Shown piece by piece: positions 20,428-28,484 of a stretch of DNA of 64,000 nt. The translations under genes were made by a program, and so were the position numbers. Origin of the DNA: Bacteroidota bacterium (GTDB taxonomy: Bacteria; Bacteroidota; Bacteroidia; CAILMK01; JACPUW01). Each line of letters begins with the position of its first letter. Position 1 is the stretch's first letter. The DNA lies in assembly GCA_016192035.1 (NCBI GenBank), contig JACPUW010000035.1, positions 52,323 through 116,322 on the forward strand, given 5' to 3'. Under the pieces are notes generated by a model, which saw only the letters and a list, made by a program, of their open reading frames with translations, searched no databases and was not told where the DNA came from.

Positions 20428-22218
20428 ATGGACTTTATTGACAAGGACGAGTTTGCCAAAGCCGCCAACCTACACAAGCTGGGTTTGGGTTTTCTTGCGC
20501 CTTTTTTTATGCGAACTTTTAGGTACAACCGGGTAAACGACCTGTACCGCAATTGCTATGATGCTGATCCATTGGTTTTTATTGACAACCTGTTTAAGGA
20601 ACTGGGGGTAAGGATTGACGTAAAAGACCATGAGTTTGACCGTTTGCCCAAGGAAGGGGCCTTTATCATAGTGGCCAACCATCCCTATGGTTTTATTGAT
20701 GGTTTGCTCATGATCAAGATCCTGCTCACGGCGCGATCAGATTCCAAGGTTATGGCCAACTTTATGTTGGAGAAGATTATACCGCTCAAACAGACCATAT
20801 TTTCGGTAAATCCCTTTGAGGAAAAGCCTGATATTGGGTCGAGTTTTGGGGGGCTAAGAAAAACGCTCCAACACCTGGTCCAGGGCCATCCGCTGGGTAT
20901 TTTCCCGGCCGGGGAAGTGTCAACCAAGTATAAGAATACCAAGAAAGTAGCTGACAGGGATTGGCAGGTATCGGCCATGAAAATGATCATAGCCTCTAAG
21001 GTGCCGGTCATTCCCATGTTTTTCTCTGGCAGCAATAGCGGGTTGTTTCACTTTTTGGGGGGCATACACCCTTCTTTGCGTTCGGCGCGCATACCGGCCG
21101 AAATCCTCAACAAGAAGAACCATGAGGTAGTGGTGAGAATAGGAAATCCAATATACCCCGCTGAATTGGCCGCATTTGAGTCGCCCGATAAGGTAGGAAG
21201 GTTCTTGCGGGCCAAAACCTATGCCCTGGGCGTGGAGGTGAACGTGAGGCGGTACCTGCGGCCCAATCTCCAGGCTTTGAAAAAACCCAAACCCATAATA
21301 GAGCCCATAGCCAAGGAATTGCAGCTGGCTGAAATAGCCAATATGCCCGCCGAGAACTTGGTCTTGGAGCAAGGCGATTTGCGGGTGTACGTGGCTCGGG
21401 CAGAGGAGATTGATAATATTCTCAAAGAAATAGGCCGGCTACGTGAAATAACCTTTAGGCAGGTAGGAGAGGGCTCAAATGAGTCAATAGACCTAGATCA
21501 GTACGACCTTTACTACCGCCACTTGTTTATTTGGGACAACAAGGCCGAACAGATAGCAGGTGCCTACCGCTTGGGCAAGGGGGATGAAATCATGGAAACA
21601 CATGGAAAGCGTGGGTTTTACACGCAGAGCCTGTTTAGATACCGCGCTGCCTTTGAGCCCATGTTGCGCCAAACCGTGGAGCTAGGCCGCTCGTTTGTGG
21701 TAAAGGCTTACCAAAACAAGCCACTCCCACTCTTTTTGTTGTGGCGGGGCATCCTTCATTTTCTGCTGCTCAACCCCCATTTCCGCTATATCATTGGCCC
21801 GGTGACTATTAGTAACCAATATAGTGGAATTGCCAAATGGATGATCATAGAGTTCATTCGGCGCAATTACTATGATGAACACCTGGCATCCATGGTCAAA
21901 CCGCGCACCGAATTTGCCGTGAAGCGGCGCGATAAAGATGAAAAATTGCTGGAGGCGCTCAACTTTACTGACCTGGGCAAACTGGATAAGTTTATAAGTG
22001 AGATAGAACCTTCAGAAAGCCGTGTGCCGGTGCTGCTCAAAAAGTATCTAAAGCAGAATGCCAAAATCATAGCATTTAATATAGACCCAAAGTTCAACAA
22101 TGCACTTGATGGACTGATGATACTGGATATGAATGACCTGCCTCAGGGCACCATAGACAAGCTGAAATTGGAAATGCGGGAGCAGAGTGACAAGATTTCT
22201 CTGCAAAACAATCAATAA
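20428..22218 (+). CDS. Bifunctional lipid acyltransferase: N-terminal lysophospholipid-acyltransferase domain plus C-terminal GNAT-like N-acyltransferase (OlsF-like aminolipid synthase)
   Basis: About 600 aa. N-terminus has the PlsC-like block IIVANHPYGFIDG (H-x5-D, one residue longer than the canonical PlsC H-x4-D) with FPAGEVS. The C-terminal half (RLREITFRQVGEGSNESIDLDQYD...) resembles hemolysin/OlsB-like N-acyltransferases. Size and domain order match OlsF of Bacteroidota. Call is an inference from remembered family features. Confidence 0.55.
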   Translation: MDFIDKDEFAKAANLHKLGLGFLAPFFMRTFRYNRVNDLYRNCYDADPLVFIDNLFKELGVRIDVKDHEFDRLPKEGAFIIVANHPYGFIDGLLMIKILLTARSDSKVMANFMLEKIIPLKQTIFSVNPFEEKPDIGSSFGGLRKTLQHLVQGHPLGIFPAGEVSTKYKNTKKVADRDWQVSAMKMIIASKVPVIPMFFSGSNSGLFHFLGGIHPSLRSARIPAEILNKKNHEVVVRIGNPIYPAELAAFESPDKVGRFLRAKTYALGVEVNVRRYLRPNLQALKKPKPIIEPIAKELQLAEIANMPAENLVLEQGDLRVYVARAEEIDNILKEIGRLREITFRQVGEGSNESIDLDQYDLYYRHLFIWDNKAEQIAGAYRLGKGDEIMETHGKRGFYTQSLFRYRAAFEPMLRQTVELGRSFVVKAYQNKPLPLFLLWRGILHFLLLNPHFRYIIGPVTISNQYSGIAKWMIIEFIRRNYYDEHLASMVKPRTEFAVKRRDKDEKLLEALNFTDLGKLDKFISEIEPSESRVPVLLKKYLKQNAKIIAFNIDPKFNNALDGLMILDMNDLPQGTIDKLKLEMREQSDKISLQNNQ

Positions 22219-22244
22219 TGCAGCCCAATGCCAGCGCTCCAGGG

Positions 22245-22850
22245 CTAGCGCAACTGCCAGGAATATGCCAGAAAGTAGATGCCTATGGCGGTAAAGATCA
22301 AACCCATAGCGCGGTTTAGCCGTCGGATGGTCTTTTCATTTAGTAGGGCACCTATTTTTTTGGCACCATAGGCTTTTAGGGTGTCGGCCAAAAAAATTAC
22401 CCCCAGCACGCCAAGGGCAAATGAAACAAACTCCTGCCTGGAAGTGGGCGATACGCTGCCGAGAATGCCCACCCACACGGCTATGGTAAAGGGGTTTAAG
22501 AAATTGATGCCAAATCCTTTGGCAATGTATAGCAAGAGTTGGCCTCCCTTTATGTCTATTTCACGTAGCTGGGCAGTGGGCACTTTTTTAAAGAAAAAGA
22601 CCAAGCCAAACACCACTATGAGTAGGCCAGAGATTAGAGAAAACCATAATTTGAACTGGGGGTGGGTAAGGAAGGAACTGAACCCAAAAAAAATAAGGGC
22701 CAGTAGTACCAGGTCACTCAACAAAATACCAAAAGCAAAGCCCAATGCCTTGCGGAGCCCGTTCTCTATACCCACTTTTATGAGGTACATAAATGATGGC
22801 CCGGCACTTAAGGTGAGCACACTTCCTATGAGTAATCCTTTTAAAAGCAA
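22245..22850 (-). CDS. LysE/RhtB-family amino-acid exporter
   Basis: 201 aa six-TM protein. N-terminus LLKGLLIGSVLTLSAGPSFMYLI is typical of LysE translocators. Confidence 0.7.
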   Translation of the reverse strand: MLLKGLLIGSVLTLSAGPSFMYLIKVGIENGLRKALGFAFGILLSDLVLLALIFFGFSSFLTHPQFKLWFSLISGLLIVVFGLVFFFKKVPTAQLREIDIKGGQLLLYIAKGFGINFLNPFTIAVWVGILGSVSPTSRQEFVSFALGVLGVIFLADTLKAYGAKKIGALLNEKTIRRLNRAMGLIFTAIGIYFLAYSWQLR

Positions 22851-23013
22851 ACCCTATGAGTATTGATTGGGCAATATTCTACCATGTGGGCCTATTATCC
22901 AAATATTGCCCTGGCCAACCAGTGGATTGCGGTGAAAAATAACTTTAGCATAATGCTATGAAAATAAGTAGGATATGTGGGGCGGATACTTTTGAAGCCC
23001 ATAAGGACAGTAC

Positions 23014-23892
23014 ATGCGCGAAATTGAACTTCTGGTTTTATCAGACATTCACCTAGGGACTTATGGATGCCATGCCAAGGAATTGTTGAAATATCTTAAG
23101 AGTATAAACCCCAGCCGGGTGGTGCTCAATGGCGACATCGTGGACATTTGGCAGTTTAATAAACGGTACTGGCCACAGAGCCACATGCAAGTGATCAAGC
23201 ATATGCTCAATTGGATCAACGACGGTGTTAGGGTAGATTATATCACGGGCAACCACGACGAAATGCTCAGGAAGTTTGTGGGTTTCAGCATGGAGAATTT
23301 TCAAATAAAAAACAAGGTGCTCCTTAACCTTGACGGCAAGCGCACCTGGATCTTTCACGGCGACGTATTTGATGTGACCATGCGTTACTCCAAGTGGCTC
23401 TGTAAGTTGGGTGCCATTGGGTATGACAGCCTTATAGCCATCAACAGCGTGGCAAACCAGGTGTCGCACAGGCTGGGCAGGGGAAGGATTTCCCTTTCAA
23501 AAAAAGTGAAGAATGGGGTGAAAAAGGCCATTAAGTATATAAATGATTTTGAACAAACCGCAGCCGAAATAGGCATGGACAACGGGTACCACACCGTGGT
23601 TTGTGGCCATATACACCAGCCCAAGGTGCGCACCTTCCACAAGGGGGCTTCCCAGATAGAATACCTCAATTCGGGCGACTGGATAGAGAACTGCACCGCC
23701 TTAGAGTATTCCAAAGGCAATTGGTCAGTATATGAATACTTTAACGATACGGCCTTGCACCATCTTGACTATAATCTCATCCGTTCGGAAGAGTTGTCGG
23801 CCACGGAATTGTTTGACCAAATGCTGAAGGAATTCAACGGAAGGCACGAACAAGAGGAGGTAGGGCAGGAACTGGAGGTAATTTTCGCCTAA
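23014..23892 (+). CDS. LpxH-family UDP-2,3-diacylglucosamine diphosphatase-like metallophosphoesterase
   Basis: Calcineurin-like motifs LVLSDIHLG, NGDIVD, GNHDE, GHIH. Confidence 0.7.
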   Translation: MREIELLVLSDIHLGTYGCHAKELLKYLKSINPSRVVLNGDIVDIWQFNKRYWPQSHMQVIKHMLNWINDGVRVDYITGNHDEMLRKFVGFSMENFQIKNKVLLNLDGKRTWIFHGDVFDVTMRYSKWLCKLGAIGYDSLIAINSVANQVSHRLGRGRISLSKKVKNGVKKAIKYINDFEQTAAEIGMDNGYHTVVCGHIHQPKVRTFHKGASQIEYLNSGDWIENCTALEYSKGNWSVYEYFNDTALHHLDYNLIRSEELSATELFDQMLKEFNGRHEQEEVGQELEVIFA

Positions 23893-24275
23893 CGGGGATA
23901 TAAGCGCGGGTTGAACTTGGCACCTCCCAGGGTATAGAGTAGCAATGCACGGCTATAGCGAACGAATATGGGCGTGAGCCCGAGGCCCAGGCCAGCTGCC
24001 ACCCCTACATACACTTCTATGGCGGGATTGTTAAAAAATAAGTAAAGCAAGGTGCTGGTTACCAATGCAAGACCGGCGTTGAATGCATAAGTGATGTACA
24101 TGGCAGCCCAGTAAAATCCGGTCTCGGGTTCAAAATCCATTTCGCAGTGAGGGCATTCCTCATGCATGGTCATAAACCTGGTGCCATAAGCCCGGTGGGG
24201 AAACATTTTGCCGTACCGGCACCGTGGGCAGCGCATTTGCCCCATTGCCTTCCATTTGCTGGGATACCTAGCCAT
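23889..24275 (-). CDS. DUF983 membrane protein with N-terminal zinc ribbon
   Basis: CPRC...CPHC zinc ribbon, then two TM helices. Confidence 0.6.
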   Translation of the reverse strand: MARYPSKWKAMGQMRCPRCRYGKMFPHRAYGTRFMTMHEECPHCEMDFEPETGFYWAAMYITYAFNAGLALVTSTLLYLFFNNPAIEVYVGVAAGLGLGLTPIFVRYSRALLLYTLGGAKFNPRLYPR

Positions 24276-24522
24276 GCAATTCTTCCTTTTTCCTTTTTTT
24301 CACTTTAATGTACCAGAGTACCCACACACCCATTACGGCCAGGTAGGGCATGGCAAGCAAGTACAGGATTCCCCGGTTTATTCCCAGGCCAATACTGCCT
24401 CCTTCCTGTAGATTGCTTTCTACCACCGATTTGCAGGCTTGACACTGTGCCAAGGCCTCAGCGCCGCACAGCAAGAGTGCCAAGCAAATGGTCAGTAAGG
24501 GAATAATTATGTGTATGCGCAT
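24268..24522 (-). CDS. Small membrane protein with a CxxC motif
   Basis: MRIHIIIPLLTICLALLLCGAEALAQCQACKSV..., a TM helix and a KKRKKEE tail. Sits between DUF983 and DUF420 at the end of the cox locus. The ORF extends to 24588. Confidence 0.35.
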   Translation of the reverse strand: MRIHIIIPLLTICLALLLCGAEALAQCQACKSVVESNLQEGGSIGLGINRGILYLLAMPYLAVMGVWVLWYIKVKKRKKEELHG

Positions 24523-24527
24523 GGGGT

Positions 24528-25049
24528 TCAATAATAGGGTGAAATCAAGACATACACCGCCACTCCGCTTGCCGCCACATACCACCAAACCGGAAAAGCT
24601 ATCCTGGCTAGTTTTCGGTGACGGTCAAAGGAACCTGTGACAGCCCTGACATAGGTAAAAAGCACCAGGGGCACCACAGCCGCCGAAAGGAATATATGAC
24701 TCACCAACAAGAGGTAATAAATCGTTTTTAACATCCCAACTCCTCCATAAGGCGTGGGGTCTGAGCCCATGTGGTACAGGGTGTACAGCAAAAGGAAAAC
24801 CGCCGATAGCGCCAGGCAAACCTGCATGATCCGCCGGTGCAATACTTGTTTTTTTAACTTTATGGCCAGCAGGGCAATAGGTAGCAGCAGCGCGGTAAGG
24901 GCATTGATAATGGCATAGATGGGGGGTAAAAAAGATACATCCCAGCCGTACACCATGCGTTTTCTAAACAATAGGCCCACCAATACAGGTATGGCTATGG
25001 ACAAAACCACGGCTACCCGATTCAATCGTTTGGCGCGCACCTCGCTCAT
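24528..25049 (-). CDS. DUF420 (CtaM-like) membrane protein
   Basis: 173 aa four-TM protein encoded in the cytochrome oxidase cluster, as is typical for DUF420. Confidence 0.65.
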   Translation of the reverse strand: MSEVRAKRLNRVAVVLSIAIPVLVGLLFRKRMVYGWDVSFLPPIYAIINALTALLLPIALLAIKLKKQVLHRRIMQVCLALSAVFLLLYTLYHMGSDPTPYGGVGMLKTIYYLLLVSHIFLSAAVVPLVLFTYVRAVTGSFDRHRKLARIAFPVWWYVAASGVAVYVLISPYY

Positions 25050-25612
25050 GGATGAAATTCATTGTTAAGCACCGTCAATTCACCCAACACATCCCTGATA
25101 AACTTGCCGTGGGCTGAAAAATATATGCCGCGTACCTGCCCATTTTTATCAATAAGATAGCATAGATGGTCTTCCACAGGCTGTTCCGTGCGTCCATGTC
25201 CGCTGCCCAATTGGGCAGCTATGGAGTGAACGGGTGTTTCTACCTGCCAATGCAGCCAAGCTTTCCGGTCGTCATCCACGGGTGCTTGGTTGCTTACCGA
25301 AAGGATATATATGTCATTGACTGAGCTAGTGGGGTGATTGTGTGCCTTTTCCAACCTGTTGGCCAATTCCAGTAATTGCTCCTTTGCCGATGTTTGTAGT
25401 TGATTGTCAACAGATTCGCTAAGGTACAACAGGAAATTTGCCTGTGCCAATTGGGCAGGAAAACCTGCATTTTCCCTTAGCATTTTAGTTGCAGTATCAC
25501 CGGCCAGCACCGGAAGCTTGAGCAGGTGGGTCTCACCCGTCCTAAACAGCAGGATTAGCCCAAGAGGCATGGCCAACACAAGGAATAAGGTGCTCGCGTT
25601 GCGCCAGTTCAC
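25046..25612 (-). CDS. SCO1/SenC-like thioredoxin-fold protein lacking the CxxxC copper site
   Basis: Signal anchor, a FLLYLSESVD block where SCO proteins have ...CPDVCP, and HLCYLIDKNGQVRGIY resembling the SCO C-terminal motif. No cysteine pair present. Confidence 0.45.
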   Translation of the reverse strand: MNWRNASTLFLVLAMPLGLILLFRTGETHLLKLPVLAGDTATKMLRENAGFPAQLAQANFLLYLSESVDNQLQTSAKEQLLELANRLEKAHNHPTSSVNDIYILSVSNQAPVDDDRKAWLHWQVETPVHSIAAQLGSGHGRTEQPVEDHLCYLIDKNGQVRGIYFSAHGKFIRDVLGELTVLNNEFHP

Positions 25613-25615
25613 CTT

Positions 25616-25954
25616 TTATCCCTGGGTTTCTATGATCACCAGGGCCACCAGGTACACCACCAGCAGCATGGGCAACAACACTGAATACATCAAGCGCTTG
25701 GTTTCGTGTTTCATGTGCATGAAATACAACACAATACCAGCCGCCTTGAATACGGTGAGCAAGAGAAATATAATGGTTCGCTCAGTGCCGGACTGCATGG
25801 CAAAGGCAAAAACAAATTCTATGGCCGTGACCAATGCCAGTACCACAAAAACTATCCAAATTTCCCGCTTGCTAGAGTGGGGTACATGCAGGCCATAAGC
25901 TTCTGCTTCGTATTCGCCTTCATGAACCATATCGTGGGGTGACTGTGACATAGT
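25616..25954 (-). CDS. Cytochrome c oxidase subunit IV (prokaryotic CoxIV family)
   Basis: Three TM helices (IWIVFVVLALVTAIEFVFAF..., LYFMHMKHE). Position in the cox cluster. The ORF extends to 26032. Confidence 0.7.
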   Translation of the reverse strand, partial: TMSQSPHDMVHEGEYEAEAYGLHVPHSSKREIWIVFVVLALVTAIEFVFAFAMQSGTERTIIFLLLTVFKAAGIVLYFMHMKHETKRLMYSVLLPMLLVVYLVALVIIETQG

Positions 25955-25982
25955 AGTATCTTTTTTATTGTAAATAAATGGG

Positions 25983-26948
25983 TTATATAAGATAAAACAG
26001 GGTGAAAACAAACACCCACACCAAATCCACAAAGTGCCAATAGAGCCCTACTTTTTCCACCATTTCATAGTGCCCCCTTTTGGCCATGATGCCTTTGGCT
26101 GCCATGATGCACACAATCAACAATATGAGCACGCCAGAGAACACGTGGAAACCGTGGAAACCAGTTATAAAGAAGAAGAGTTTGCCAAACATCATGGTCT
26201 CTCCTGAAGGTATCACCATTTGTGCATTGCCTGGGTTTATGTAATCGCCGTGGGCATTCATGTATGCCACCCCGTTGTAATCCAGCACGGGTTTATCGCT
26301 CACGGGGAAATGATCAGGGCCCAGTAGGCGCGCCGCCTGGTCAGTGGCTTGGCCGCCTATGTTCCATTCTACCCCGTCAATCACCGTTTTCACCGGGTAA
26401 AATATCCTCCGTTCGGCCACCCATTCCTTGGCGGCGTGGTCATACGTGCCGTCCAGGCTGGCATGGTGTATTCCATTGTGTATTTCATTATCTACTTGAA
26501 AATCATTGTTGGAAACACCTATCCATAACCCCTGGTGTAGTAGATGGCTCCACTCATATGCCTGGCAGCCCAAGAAAGTGGCTCCGCCTATTATGGTGGC
26601 TATTAAATAATTGAGTACTGCGCGGTTGTCCTTTCGGTGCCCGGCCTCTACCGCCAGTACCATAGTCAAACTACTGGCAATGAGTATAAACGTCATCAAG
26701 CCCACAAACACCAAGGGCCAGCCTCCATGAGGGGCCAAAAAGGGGAAACTCTGGAAGACAATTTCAGGGCTTGGCCAGGTGGTAGAAGCAAACCTGAAAA
26801 ACCCGTAGGCTGTGAGGAAGGCGGAAAAGGTCAAGGCATCAGATAATAGGAAAAACCACATCATTACCTTGCCATAAGTGGCTCCCAGGGCCAGTCGGCG
26901 CCCGTCCCACACTTTTCCTTCAGTTTCAATTGTTACATGTGTTGACAT
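25983..26948 (-). CDS. Cytochrome c oxidase subunit III
   Basis: 321 aa, polytopic, HFVDLVWVFVFTLFYL C-terminal signature. Confidence 0.85.
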   Translation of the reverse strand: MSTHVTIETEGKVWDGRRLALGATYGKVMMWFFLLSDALTFSAFLTAYGFFRFASTTWPSPEIVFQSFPFLAPHGGWPLVFVGLMTFILIASSLTMVLAVEAGHRKDNRAVLNYLIATIIGGATFLGCQAYEWSHLLHQGLWIGVSNNDFQVDNEIHNGIHHASLDGTYDHAAKEWVAERRIFYPVKTVIDGVEWNIGGQATDQAARLLGPDHFPVSDKPVLDYNGVAYMNAHGDYINPGNAQMVIPSGETMMFGKLFFFITGFHGFHVFSGVLILLIVCIMAAKGIMAKRGHYEMVEKVGLYWHFVDLVWVFVFTLFYLI

Positions 26949-26967
26949 TGGCTATTGCTTAAGTCTG

Positions 26968-27549
26968 TTAGGCTAAGTTGAAAAATAGGTACAAATAAAT
27001 CCACAGCACACCCACAAAATGCCAGTAGGTGGCTACCGACGATAGGCGTTGTTGTGCCAACCCCTTGTTGTCCAAAATAAATGATCGGATTAGGGCTATG
27101 ACAATGATGAGCAGCCCTACGATAAAGTGTACGGCATGTACGCCAGAAATCACGTATAAAAATGAGCCTGATGCATTGCCCACCAGATAGATACCCTGTT
27201 CGGTGAGCTGTCTCCAGCCTTCCCACTGCAAGTACATAAACAGCAGCCCAAAGGCTAAGGAAAAGCCCAAGCCAATTTGGGTAAGCCGTTTCTTAACTGT
27301 TTTCTGGCCCCTCTGGGCCATATACATGGCTATACTCGCCATGACCGCCGCAAGGCAGGAATACAGAAAAACCGGGGGCAAATCAAAATCCACCCAGTCT
27401 CCCTTGGCTTTGCGCACGATATAACCGCTGGTAAAGGCCGCAAAAAGCATGGCCACGCTCACCAAGAATACCCAGAGCGTAAACTTTACCGGATCTACTT
27501 TAAAGCCGGGTGATTCTGTGCTATCTACGCTATCTACGCTGTAGTTCAA
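26968..27549 (-). CDS. Cytochrome c oxidase subunit III-family protein (second copy)
   Basis: 193 aa, ends WHFVGVLWIYLYLFFNL. Confidence 0.8.
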   Translation of the reverse strand: MNYSVDSVDSTESPGFKVDPVKFTLWVFLVSVAMLFAAFTSGYIVRKAKGDWVDFDLPPVFLYSCLAAVMASIAMYMAQRGQKTVKKRLTQIGLGFSLAFGLLFMYLQWEGWRQLTEQGIYLVGNASGSFLYVISGVHAVHFIVGLLIIVIALIRSFILDNKGLAQQRLSSVATYWHFVGVLWIYLYLFFNLA

Positions 27550-27551
27550 TG

Positions 27552-28469
27552 CTATTTAATTAGAAATTCAATGAGATAGACTATGAGTACAATGGGCAAA
27601 TAGGCAAAGGAGGCAAGCATGAGCCCTTTGGCATCCCGATTGGTCAGCGAGCGCAGGAGCAACACCGATCTAAGTACTAGGCCTGCCCCGCATATGGCTA
27701 CCAATGAACCGGTTATCCAAGTAGTTACCCCGTAGTAAGCGGGTATGAGTGCCACCGGGACCAGTACGGAGGTAAGTATGGCTATTTGCCAAGCCGATAA
27801 GCGGTTTCTGTGTCCGCCTATGGGCATCAATTTCAATCCTGCTTTTTTGTATTCGTCGTCGAGTACCCAGGCTATGGTATAGAAATGGGGAAACTGCCAA
27901 AAGAATTGAATCACAAAGAGGGTCCAGCCAAAAGCGTCAATACTGCCGGTGGCGGCGGCTACACCTACCAGTGGCGGTATGGCCCCGGCAAGGCCACCTA
28001 CCCACACCGAAATGCCGCTGATGGGCTTGAGCGGGGTGTAGAGAAAGGCATAAACCAGCAGTCCGGCGGCTGCCAAAAGGGCACTCAGTTCATTGAGGTA
28101 AAAGCCAATAAGGCCTACTCCCAGTAGTCCTGCCAACACAGCGGCAGTAAGGGCTTCTGCCACCGACATGCGGCCGGTGGCCACTGGTCGGTTGAGTGTG
28201 CGTGCCATTAATTGATCGGTTTGCCGCTCTATCACCTGATTGATGGCATTGGCGGCAGCTACCGTAAGAAAACCGCCCAATAGCAGTGGCATGAGCAGCA
28301 CGTAGTTGCCAGGGCTGCCTGCCGAAACCATGTATCCCACGAAAGTGGAAAACACCACCAAGCTGGTGAGCCTCAACTTAAATAGCTGGGCATAGTCGGC
28401 CAGCCGCGCCCGAAGGGTTCTTGGGCTACTGAGTTGTCCTATTTTGACCGTGCCATTCATTTCAATCAT
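27552..28469 (-). CDS. ctaB: Protoheme IX farnesyltransferase (heme O synthase)
   Basis: UbiA-family motifs NQVIERQTDQLMARTLNRP and DDEYKKAGLKLMP. Confidence 0.9.
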   Translation of the reverse strand: MIEMNGTVKIGQLSSPRTLRARLADYAQLFKLRLTSLVVFSTFVGYMVSAGSPGNYVLLMPLLLGGFLTVAAANAINQVIERQTDQLMARTLNRPVATGRMSVAEALTAAVLAGLLGVGLIGFYLNELSALLAAAGLLVYAFLYTPLKPISGISVWVGGLAGAIPPLVGVAAATGSIDAFGWTLFVIQFFWQFPHFYTIAWVLDDEYKKAGLKLMPIGGHRNRLSAWQIAILTSVLVPVALIPAYYGVTTWITGSLVAICGAGLVLRSVLLLRSLTNRDAKGLMLASFAYLPIVLIVYLIEFLIK

Positions 28470-28484
28470 TTGCTATGGTATGGG

